Source of the DNA: Myxococcota bacterium
GTDB lineage: Bacteria > Myxococcota_A > UBA9160 > PR03
Direction: 5' to 3'
DNA length: 21,746 bases
Assembly (NCBI GenBank): GCA_041611735.1
Contig: JBFIML010000055.1
Location: forward strand, 1 to 21,746
Positions 1-7,350 of this stretch are shown here, in pieces. Under the pieces are notes generated by a model that did not search any database, was not told where the DNA came from, and saw only the letters and a list, made by a program, of their open reading frames with translations. Within the stretch, counting starts at the first letter, position 1. Each line of letters begins with the position of its first letter. A program made the translations under genes and the position numbers.

Positions 1-751
1 ACTCGGGCAAGGGTCGCCCCCCGCACGACCTGGAGCGGATGCTGCGGATCTACTTCCTGCAGCAGTGGTTCAACCTGTCGGACCCGCAGGCGGAGGACGC
101 CATCTACGACAGCGAGTCGATGCGGCGCTTCGCCCGCGTCGAGCTGGGCGACGACAAAATCCCGGACGAGTCGACGATCCTGCGCTTCCGCCACCTGCTC
201 GGGAAGCACGGGCTCACGGAGGTGATCTTCGAGGCGGTGAACGACCTGTTGGCGGAGCATCGGCTGACGCTGCGGGCCGGGACGATCGTGGATGCGACGA
301 TCATCGCGGCCCCGAGCTCGACGAAGAACGCCACAGGGACGCGGGATCCGGAGATGAAGCAGACCCGCAAGGGCAAGAGCTGGCACTTCGGGATGAAACT
401 TCACATCGGGACGGATCGGCGCGGGATCGTTCACAGCCTGACGGCCACGCACGCCGCGGAGTCCGACCTCAAGCAGCTCCCGCACCTGCTCCACGGGGAG
501 GAGAGCGCGCTCTACGGCGACCAGGCGTACTGGAAGGAGCCCGATCGGCAGGCCTTCGAGGAGCGCGGCGGGCGCTACCGGGTCAAGCGGCGCGCTCCCG
601 GAGGCAATCGCAACCTGAGCGAGAGGCGTCCTGTGACCAGCCGAGCACGGCGAAGGTCCCGACGAACGCCCGGCCAGGGCGACGAAGGGGCCTTCCTCCT
701 CAGCCCTCGCTCCGCCAGCGGCCGCCACGAAGCCGCATGTGCAGAGCTTCC
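1..751 (+). mobile_element. IS5-family (IS5 subgroup) insertion sequence, right-hand part; left end outside the window, internal deletion in tnp
   Basis: IS5-type transposase sequence followed by TGTGCAGAGCTTCC (738-751; reverse complement GGAAGCTCTGCACA, resembling IS5-subgroup terminal inverted repeats) and then CTAG (752-755), the typical IS5-subgroup target tetramer. Confidence 0.85.
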
Positions 752-755
752 CTAG
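3..755 (+). pseudogene. IS5-family DDE transposase, 5' end outside the window, C-terminally truncated
   Basis: GRPP..LERMLRIYFLQQWFNLSDP, PDESTILRFRHLL, IVDATII (first Asp), HFGMKLHIG and YGDQAY (second Asp) are present. Similarity stops after NLSER (~627); I found no R.RVEH.F motif (catalytic Glu) or VRYRG motif. The frame runs on to the TAG inside CTAG. Confidence 0.88.
738..755 (+). repeat. Right terminal inverted repeat of the IS plus CTAG target site
   Basis: tgtgcagagcttcc|ctag. The partner left IR and duplicate CTAG are outside the window, so pairing cannot be confirmed. Confidence 0.7.
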
Positions 756-764
756 GTCGGCCCC

Positions 765-1313
765 CTACGGCAGAGCCGACGCCCGCTCCACGTGCTCGAG
801 CACGGGGACGCCCTCGATCGAGAGGCGCTCGATCAGGGCCCGGCCCTGGTGCACCCGGATCTCCGCCCAGCCGTTGCGGCCCGCTGCCGCCTGCCAGGCG
901 CGCTCCACCGCCAGCGCCTTCCGCTCGGGGAGGTAGAGCCGGTCCACGGGGAAGCGGATGCGCACCCGCTCGTCGTCGATCGCCTCCACCCTGGTGTCGA
1001 AGTAGGTGCCGCCCTCGGGCCGGCGGGCCGTCACGCCCGAGATGCGGGCGAAGCCTTCCGCGTCCTCCTCCAGGAGCACGTGGGCGCGCTGGCCCGGAAG
1101 CAAGGAAGCCGGCCCCACCCGGGGCCCCTCCACCGCCTCGAAGCGCAGCGCCACGTAGCGGCCGCGCACCAGGTCCGCCGGGTCCACCGGAGCGGTGCGG
1201 AAGCGCAGCAGGCGTCCCTCGGCGAGCACGCGCTCCGCCTGCCAGATGCTCGAGGCCGGCACCGCGAGCTGCGCCGCGCACAGCAGCCCGAAGACGAGCA
1301 CGCGTCCCCTCAC
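765..1313 (-). CDS. GDYXXLXY domain-containing membrane-anchored protein
   Basis: N-terminal hydrophobic anchor, then RTAPVDPADLVRGRYVALRF (variant of PVDPR.L.RGDY..L.Y) and R.Y.PE. The GTG start overlaps the upstream DUF2157 stop (GTGA). Confidence 0.88.
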   Translation of the reverse strand: MRGRVLVFGLLCAAQLAVPASSIWQAERVLAEGRLLRFRTAPVDPADLVRGRYVALRFEAVEGPRVGPASLLPGQRAHVLLEEDAEGFARISGVTARRPEGGTYFDTRVEAIDDERVRIRFPVDRLYLPERKALAVERAWQAAAGRNGWAEIRVHQGRALIERLSIEGVPVLEHVERASALP

Positions 1314-2617
1314 GGCCGCTTCCTACGGGCCAGGCGCAGGTTCAGCAGCAGGAACACGACGCCCAGGGCGATGAAGACGAGTCCGCGTACCCGGTAGCTC
1401 AAGGCCAGGTCCGCGAAGCGCGCCAGCACCAGGGCGCCCAGCAGGAGCAGGCCCTGGTTGGCCAGGCGCAGCCGGCCCTCGCGCAGCCCGAGCAGCACCA
1501 GGCCGATGCCGAGGGCGAGCCCGTAGGCGTTGGCGAGCGCCGCGCCCGGGTAGCGGGTCTCGAAGGCGTGCACAGCCAGGATGCCGGCGCCCACCACCAG
1601 CGGGAAGGCCGCCAGGAGCGCCCGCGGCCAGGCGCCGCGCGCGAGCTCCTGCCAGAGGCCTCGCCCTGCCAGCACGGCGAAGGCCAAGCCCACCGTCAGC
1701 GCCCCCGCCGCATCCAGCGCACCCGGCGGCCGCCCGCGGGCCGGCAGCATCTCGCCCACGAAGCGCCAGACGTCCACGTAGCCCAGGGCGAAGGTGGCGG
1801 CCGCGATGGCGAGGCCGCCCAGCCTTTCGGCCGGGGCCGCGTAGAAGGGAGCCCCCGCGGCACGCGCGCGCGCCGTGGCCCCCAGCGCGTAGGTGCCGGC
1901 CAGCACCGTGGCGGCCAGGAGCACCAAGGCGTCGAGCCGCACGATGCGGTAGATCGCCAGCGCGCCGAAGGCCAGCACGGGCACCGCCACCCAGCCCAGG
2001 AAGGCGTCCCGGGCCGAGGCCTCGTGGCGGGCCCGCAGCACCAGGAAGGGCAGGGCCGCCAGCAGGAAGAGCGCCGCCAGGGAGGCGGGGTCCCCCGCTG
2101 CGAGGCTCGCCGCCAGCCACTGCCAGGCGCCCAGCAGGTAGAGGGCCGCCGCAGCCCGGGCGTCGAACAGGTAGGGCACCGGTGCGGCCAGCAGGAGCCA
2201 GCTGGTCAGGAAGCTGCGCAGGTCCCCGGCCACGTGATAGGTCTGGCCCACCAGGGCGATGGCCGCCCCGCTCGCCAGCACCAGGGCCAGGGCGGCGCCC
2301 TCGCTCCAGGCCACCGAGGGGCGCCGGGCCAGCAGGGCCCAGCCGGCCAGGCCCTGGGCCGCCAGCAGCAGGGCGAAGCAGAGGCCGGCCCGGGTCGCTC
2401 GGGAGAGCGTCTCCCAGTTCACGGCCAGCAGCAGAATCACCCCGAGGCCCACCAGGGCCACTCCCAGGATGGCGAGCAGCGGCACCGCCGCGCGACGCGC
2501 CTCCGGCACGCCGTAGTGGCGGCGCAGGCGCTCGGCGATCTCGGGCGGCAGGAGGCCGGCCTCGACCAGGCGGTTAAGCTCCGTCTGGAGCCAGCGGCGC
2601 TGCCACCAGGTGGCCAC
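1310..2617 (-). CDS. DUF2157 family polytopic membrane protein
   Basis: N-terminal WL..EL..LVE.GLL...AE.L..HY, then LG..L.GLG.ILL.A.NW and GAAIALVGQTYH motifs; many TM helices; usual pairing with a GDYXXLXY gene. Confidence 0.88.
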   Translation of the reverse strand: MATWWQRRWLQTELNRLVEAGLLPPEIAERLRRHYGVPEARRAAVPLLAILGVALVGLGVILLLAVNWETLSRATRAGLCFALLLAAQGLAGWALLARRPSVAWSEGAALALVLASGAAIALVGQTYHVAGDLRSFLTSWLLLAAPVPYLFDARAAAALYLLGAWQWLAASLAAGDPASLAALFLLAALPFLVLRARHEASARDAFLGWVAVPVLAFGALAIYRIVRLDALVLLAATVLAGTYALGATARARAAGAPFYAAPAERLGGLAIAAATFALGYVDVWRFVGEMLPARGRPPGALDAAGALTVGLAFAVLAGRGLWQELARGAWPRALLAAFPLVVGAGILAVHAFETRYPGAALANAYGLALGIGLVLLGLREGRLRLANQGLLLLGALVLARFADLALSYRVRGLVFIALGVVFLLLNLRLARRKRP

Positions 2618-2624
2618 GGGCCCG

Positions 2625-2630
2625 ACACTA
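2625..2630 (-). promoter_or_regulatory. Putative -10 hexamer (TAGTGT) of a leaderless transcript for the DUF2157 gene
   Basis: TANNNT 7 nt before the GTG at 2617; no Shine-Dalgarno. Confidence 0.45.
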
Positions 2631-2679
2631 CGGGCCGCGGATCCGGGCCGCCAGCGGGATCGGACGGAGGACGACGAGC

Positions 2680-2883
2680 ATGCGAGGCGCGCGCGAGCCC
2701 AAGGGCATCTTCGGCATGGGAGCGGCCCTGCTGGTGGCCGGCTTCGTGATTGCGGTCTTCGTCTGGGTGCAGCCCCAGCTGATCAACGAGGCCGAGAGCC
2801 TGCTCCGGCAGTTCGTGAACTGGGTCTCCCGGGGCATCGAGGGCTCGAACTTCTGGATCGCCGAGCCTCCCCGCCGCGGCTGA
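2680..2883 (+). CDS. Small single-pass membrane protein (67 aa), unknown function
   Basis: GGAGG upstream of the ATG, strongly GC3-biased codons, one TM helix (GIFGMGAALLVAGFVIAVFVWV) followed by an amphipathic helix. Confidence 0.7.
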   Translation: MRGAREPKGIFGMGAALLVAGFVIAVFVWVQPQLINEAESLLRQFVNWVSRGIEGSNFWIAEPPRRG

Positions 2884-2933
2884 CGCCGCGGCCCTCACCG
2901 CCGTTCAATCGCGTGGATCAGCCGAGCCAGGCG

Positions 2934-2939
2934 TACAAT
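2934..2939 (+). promoter_or_regulatory. Putative -10 hexamer (TACAAT) for the ECF sigma gene, leaderless-type spacing
   Basis: TACAAT 8 nt before ATG 2948, no SD; it lies inside the second copy of an 11-nt direct repeat. Confidence 0.45.
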
Positions 2940-2947
2940 CGCTTCCG

Positions 2948-3363
2948 ATGTCCGACGACCGACCCGGCATCACGGAGCTCCTGAACATCCCGCAGAAAGG
3001 TGACCCCGACGAGCTCTGGGCCAGGGTCCATCCCGAACTCCGCCGACGAGCGAGAAACCTGCTGCGCGGCGAACGCTCCGACCATACGCTGACCCCCACC
3101 GCCGTGGTCCACGAGGCCTATCTAAGACTGGCGACGCGCGGCGCTCGCGACTGGCAGGACCGCTCGCACTTCTATGCGACCGCATCGGGCATCATGCGCC
3201 ACGTCCTGATCGACTACGCGAGGGCGCGCACGACCGACAAGCGCGGGGGCGGCCGTCGAGTCGAGTTCGTCGACGATCGTCGTGTCGCCAGACCGGGTGC
3301 CGATGCGAGGTCTTCCTCGGTTGCACTGAAGCCAGTGCTCCGCCGTATCGGAGATCGACCGCA
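2948..3363 (+). pseudogene. ECF sigma factor of the kinase-associated TIGR02999-like type; sigma2 intact, sigma4 lost
   Basis: ITELL...GD..EL...V..ELRR.A...LRGER.DHTL.PTAVVHEAYLRL....W.DR.HF.A.A...MR..LID.AR.....KRGGG is typical of this ECF type. After ~3280 the sequence decays (LH-EA, LRR and EID appear in shifting frames) and no sigma4 HTH follows. The 2948-3595 ORF merely runs antisense into the kinase gene. Confidence 0.85.
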
Positions 3364-6300
3364 TCAGGTTCCGCTGGAGCCGAGCGACGCGCGGAAGGCG
3401 TCCGCGAAGCTCCCGCAGGACGGGAAGCGGGCGTCCGGGTCGCGCTGCAAGGTGCGCATCACCGCCGTGCACAACGGCTCGGGAAGCTCCTCGGCCCGGT
3501 CGACGAGCGGCGTGGGCTCGTCGCTCACCTTCGCGAGCAGGAGCTCGCCTGGGGCCAGCTCCTCGAAGGGGAGGCGACCCGACAGCGCCTCGTAGACCAC
3601 AACGCCGAGCCCGTACTGGTCGTACGCCGGTGCGAACTCGCGGTCGAGGGCTTCGGGCGGCGTGTAGTTCGCGGCCCCGAGCAGGAGACCGGGCCGGGTG
3701 AGATCCGTTTCGGCCTCCGTCGCCTTCGGCTCGGCACGCGGCCACGGCTCGCTCTCTCCGAGCGCCGTGGCAATGCCGAGGTCGGAGAGATAGGCGTGCC
3801 CGTCGTCGTCGAAGAGCACGTTGTCGGGCTTCACGTCCCGGTGCACGAACCCCGTGGCATGGAGGTGGTCGAGCGCAGAGGCCACCTGAGCGAGCCACTC
3901 GACCAGCTGGGTCGGCGAGATGCGTCCTCCGGCCGCCTCCAGACGCTGGCGCAGGTCGCCCCCGCCGAGGTGCTGAACCACGGCGTAGGGGACGCCCTGC
4001 TCCTCGCCCACGTCGTGGATCTTCACCACGTGGGGATGCTCCAGGCGGGTCAGGTTTCGCACCTCGGCGGCGAAGCGCTCCCGGAAGCCGGGACGCAGCA
4101 GCAGCTCCTCGTGTGGCACCTTGATCACGACGGGACGCTCCAGCCTTCGGTCCGTCGCCCGATAGACCGCAGCCATGCCTCCCGACCCGAGGACCGCGTC
4201 GATCCGGTAGCGGCCCGCGAGCACGAGCCCTGTCCAGTCCGCACCCGCCGCGTCGGCCGGGCCTGGCGGGTGTGCCTCGAGCGGGAGAACGTAGACGTCG
4301 TGGCTCTCCCGGCGCCCACGGATGGCGACGTCCGAGCGGCAATCGAACTCCGCGGCCACGGCGCCGCAGCGCTCCCAGGTGGCGGGGTCGATCACCATGG
4401 CGGCGTCGAGCTGGCGGGTGAGCCCCTGCAGGCGCGCGGCCAGGATCGTGGTATTGCCGATCACGCTCCAGATCAGGCGGTCCACGGCGCGGATGTTGCC
4501 CACGAAGCCGGGCCCCGTGGCGATGCCCACGCCGACGGCCAGGGGCGCAGCGGCGCCGCCCTCCGCATCCAGATCCGCCACCGCCGCCACGATGGCGCGC
4601 CCGGCCTCCACCGCCGCGCGCTCCTTGGCGCCCAGCGCGCGCGGCGCCCCGAACACCGCCATCAGGCCATCGCCGTTGAACTCCACCACGCTACCCCCGT
4701 GCTCGCGCACGAGATGCGAGACGGTCTCCGTGTAGCGGTTCACGGTGGAGAAGATCTCCTGGGCGCGCCGGCTCTCGGCGAAGCTCGTGTAGCCGCGGAT
4801 GTCCACAAAGAGCACCGTCACGTCGCGCTCGCCGGCCTCCAGGTCGAGGTCGTCGCCCGCGGCCAGGGTGTCCGCCACGGCCCCGGGCACGTAGCGGCGC
4901 AGGGACTCCTGCATGGCCTGGGCCTGGCGCAGCACCTCGGCCTGGTCGAAGCGCTCCAGCTGACCGGAGACCTTGTCCGCCACGGCCGCCAGGAGCGTGC
5001 GGTCCGTGGCGGTGTAGACGTCGCCGGAGCGCTTGGGGCCCAGGCACAGCAGGGCGAAGAGCTCGTCGCCCCGCCAGATCGGGACCAGCAGCGGGACGCC
5101 GAGAGCGTCCAGGGTGGCGCGGTCGAAGTCGCTGAGCGCCTGCGCGCGGCGCCCGCGCGGCCAGTCCTCGCTGGCCAGCGGGCCGCGGCGCTCCGCCAGC
5201 AACGCGGCCAGGGAGCTGCGCGCGGGCAGCGCCGGGGGCAGGGCGCGGCCCCGGGCGAAGACCGGCCGCAGGGTCTCCGCCTCGCGCACGTAGAGGGCGC
5301 AGCCCTCCGGGCGCAGCAGGGCGTCGAGGCGCTCCGCCACCCGCGCCAGCAGGGCCTGGGGGCTCGGTGAGCTGGAGACCTCGCGCAGGAGCTCGCCGAT
5401 GCGCTGCTCGAGAGCGTGGCGCTCGGCGAAGAAGACGCGCTCCAGACGCGGCCGCAGGCGCCGGTGGGCCGGGACGGCCACCGCCGCCAGGGCCAGGGAG
5501 AGTGCGACCTGCCCGGTGGTGCGGTCCACGCCGAGCATCTCCGAGGCGGCCTCCGCCGCGCGCGGCACCGCCACCAGCCCGCCCCCCACCAGCAGCACAC
5601 CGAGCACGTTGTAGGAGGCGGTGGCGCTGATCAGGCGGTCCACGTCGAACAGGTTGTAGCGGGCGATGGCGATCAGGAAGCAGATCGGGAGCGCCACCAC
5701 GGCGCTCATCAGGATCTCGTGGATCCACCAGCGGCCCGGGGTGACCGCGGGCACCAGGCTCCCCACCGCCACCGGCAGCACCCCCACCCAGAAGCCGTAG
5801 ACGATCCACTTGAGCTGGCGGCGCCCGAGCGGCTCCGCGTGCACGAAGCGCTGGGTGAGGAGCACGATCATGACGAGGGGTGCCAGGGCGTTCAGGGCGC
5901 CCGCCACCCGAACGCCCGCCTCGGCAGAGACGGGCACGCCGAACACCCAGCCGAGGGCGCCCAGGCCGTAGGCGGCGAAGAGCCAGGTCCAGGCCCGCGT
6001 TCCCCGCCCGGCGGGCGGACCGCCCTCCGGAAAGGCGAGCACCGCCCGGAGCGCCAGCGGGAAGATCAGGAAGGCGGTGCTCGCGAAGAACGCGAACCAC
6101 AGCCACGTCTGCCCGGGCGGGCCCCCGAAGAAGAAGGTCCAGTGCAGGGCGTAGCAGAGCGTCGCCGCAAAGAAGGCCCGCCCGGCGCGAGATCCGGAGC
6201 GCCGCCAGAGCACCAGGAAGCCGGGCACGGCGAAGCCCAGGGAGAGCAGCGGGAGCCGCCAGCTCATGCCCACCGGGCGCAGGGCGAAGGCGGCCTCGCG

Positions 6301-6642
6301 CCGCACGCCCTCGCGCTCCAGCCGCACGGGCACGCGCAGCGTCTCGTCCGCCGCCGGGTAGACCTCCGCCACGAAGCCGAAGGGGCCCCGGCCGGCCAGA
6401 ACCCGCTCGCCCACCCGCAGCAGCCGGTCGCCGACCCGCAGCTCCTCGACGGCCGCCCCGGCGTCGGGCCAGAAGCCCGAGACGGTCGGATGGCCCTCGG
6501 GCGTCGGCGGCGCCGCCACCGTGACCGGCACCCAGGCCAGCGTTCCGCGCGCCAGCTCGCGCAGGTGGAGCCCGAAGCAGAGTGCCCAGAGCGGCACGAA
6601 GACGGCGAGGAGCGCCAGATCCAGGCGCTGGGGCCGCGTCAA
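3364..6642 (-). CDS. Membrane receptor fusion: TM - PDZ-like - multi-TM - GAF - class III nucleotide cyclase - Hanks-type Ser/Thr kinase (1092 aa)
   Basis: TTG start behind GGAGGAGG. PDZ-like LRVGDRLLRVG; about 8-9 further hydrophobic helices; GAF (LLVPI...L...LCLGPKRSGDVYT..DR.LL); cyclase (VLFVDIRGYT, VEFNGDGLMAVFG, GIATG, VIGNTTILAARL); kinase (LGSGGMAAVY, VVIK, HRDVKPDN, DLG, YTPPE, DQYGLG). Confidence 0.93.
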   Translation of the reverse strand: MTRPQRLDLALLAVFVPLWALCFGLHLRELARGTLAWVPVTVAAPPTPEGHPTVSGFWPDAGAAVEELRVGDRLLRVGERVLAGRGPFGFVAEVYPAADETLRVPVRLEREGVRREAAFALRPVGMSWRLPLLSLGFAVPGFLVLWRRSGSRAGRAFFAATLCYALHWTFFFGGPPGQTWLWFAFFASTAFLIFPLALRAVLAFPEGGPPAGRGTRAWTWLFAAYGLGALGWVFGVPVSAEAGVRVAGALNALAPLVMIVLLTQRFVHAEPLGRRQLKWIVYGFWVGVLPVAVGSLVPAVTPGRWWIHEILMSAVVALPICFLIAIARYNLFDVDRLISATASYNVLGVLLVGGGLVAVPRAAEAASEMLGVDRTTGQVALSLALAAVAVPAHRRLRPRLERVFFAERHALEQRIGELLREVSSSPSPQALLARVAERLDALLRPEGCALYVREAETLRPVFARGRALPPALPARSSLAALLAERRGPLASEDWPRGRRAQALSDFDRATLDALGVPLLVPIWRGDELFALLCLGPKRSGDVYTATDRTLLAAVADKVSGQLERFDQAEVLRQAQAMQESLRRYVPGAVADTLAAGDDLDLEAGERDVTVLFVDIRGYTSFAESRRAQEIFSTVNRYTETVSHLVREHGGSVVEFNGDGLMAVFGAPRALGAKERAAVEAGRAIVAAVADLDAEGGAAAPLAVGVGIATGPGFVGNIRAVDRLIWSVIGNTTILAARLQGLTRQLDAAMVIDPATWERCGAVAAEFDCRSDVAIRGRRESHDVYVLPLEAHPPGPADAAGADWTGLVLAGRYRIDAVLGSGGMAAVYRATDRRLERPVVIKVPHEELLLRPGFRERFAAEVRNLTRLEHPHVVKIHDVGEEQGVPYAVVQHLGGGDLRQRLEAAGGRISPTQLVEWLAQVASALDHLHATGFVHRDVKPDNVLFDDDGHAYLSDLGIATALGESEPWPRAEPKATEAETDLTRPGLLLGAANYTPPEALDREFAPAYDQYGLGVVVYEALSGRLPFEELAPGELLLAKVSDEPTPLVDRAEELPEPLCTAVMRTLQRDPDARFPSCGSFADAFRASLGSSGT

Positions 6643-6675
6643 GCGCCTCCTCCGCCCGTCTCGACCGCCCGGGTC

Positions 6676-7350
6676 TCAGGGCGTCAGGAACTTGATCTCG
6701 ATCCGGAAGCGGGCCACCTGGCCGAGGTTCGCGCTGTTGTACTGGTCGATCGCCTGCCCGACCCCCGGCTCCGGACGCAGATCGAAGATCACCGGGAGGG
6801 TGCCCGAGGTGGGCAAACGGCGCCCGAAGATCTGCGCCGCCGCCTCCTGGAGCGCCGCGCCGAAGGGCCCCAGAGCCTCCACGGGGGTCTGGAACACGAA
6901 CGACGTCGCCAGCTGGTCGATCTCGTCCTCGCTGAGGGGCGGGAACCAGTTGCCCACTTCCGGGAAGTCGCCGAAGTTGGCGCTCTGGAAGGTCTCCGCG
7001 AAGAAGAAGGTGCGGCTCCCGTCCCGCACCTCCAGCAGCAGGGTCAGGGTCGGGTTGCCGCCCGCCGCGTTGTTGTCGCCCACCTCCTCGTCGGCCACCA
7101 CCGTGAGGGTGCCGCGCAGGGTCGGGTTGACCGGGAAGTCCACCACGCACGCGAAGGGCACGCCCGTGGGTCGTGCGCCGCAGGGATCCAGCTCGGTCGG
7201 GTCGCAGTCCTGGCCCGACAGCGGCCCCCCCGCGCACACGTTCGGGAGCGCCGCCTGGCGGTTGTCGGAACCGGGCGCTCCGGCCCACGCCGCCCCTGCC
7301 ACCAGCATCCCCAGCATCAGCGCCAGTCCCCTCAGCTCGCTTCCACGCAT
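6676..7350 (-). CDS. Secreted hypothetical protein (224 aa) with an N-terminal four-Cys motif
   Basis: Strong SD AAAGGAGGAG before ATG 7350 (the ORF-track start at 7830 lies inside lnt). Sec-type signal MRGSELRGLALMLGMLVAGAAWA, then CAGGPLSGQDCDPTELDPC...C. Confidence 0.85.
   Translation of the reverse strand: MRGSELRGLALMLGMLVAGAAWAGAPGSDNRQAALPNVCAGGPLSGQDCDPTELDPCGARPTGVPFACVVDFPVNPTLRGTLTVVADEEVGDNNAAGGNPTLTLLLEVRDGSRTFFFAETFQSANFGDFPEVGNWFPPLSEDEIDQLATSFVFQTPVEALGPFGAALQEAAAQIFGRRLPTSGTLPVIFDLRPEPGVGQAIDQYNSANLGQVARFRIEIKFLTP

Noticed and set aside
626-737. Minus-strand hydrophobic stretch (FVALAG/AFVGTFAVLGWSQ) suggesting a broken signal peptide
   Set aside because: It needs a frameshift, has no start or SD, and lies inside the IS, left of its right IR.
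3364-3595. Genuine 232-nt antisense overlap of a 215-aa ECF protein with the kinase gene
   Set aside because: The overlapping part has no sigma4 similarity; it is read-through of a truncated gene.
3364-6642. Pycsar/CBASS-like anti-phage system based on the atypical cyclase
   Set aside because: The cyclase is embedded in a sensor receptor and no cNMP-binding TIR or TM effector gene is adjacent.
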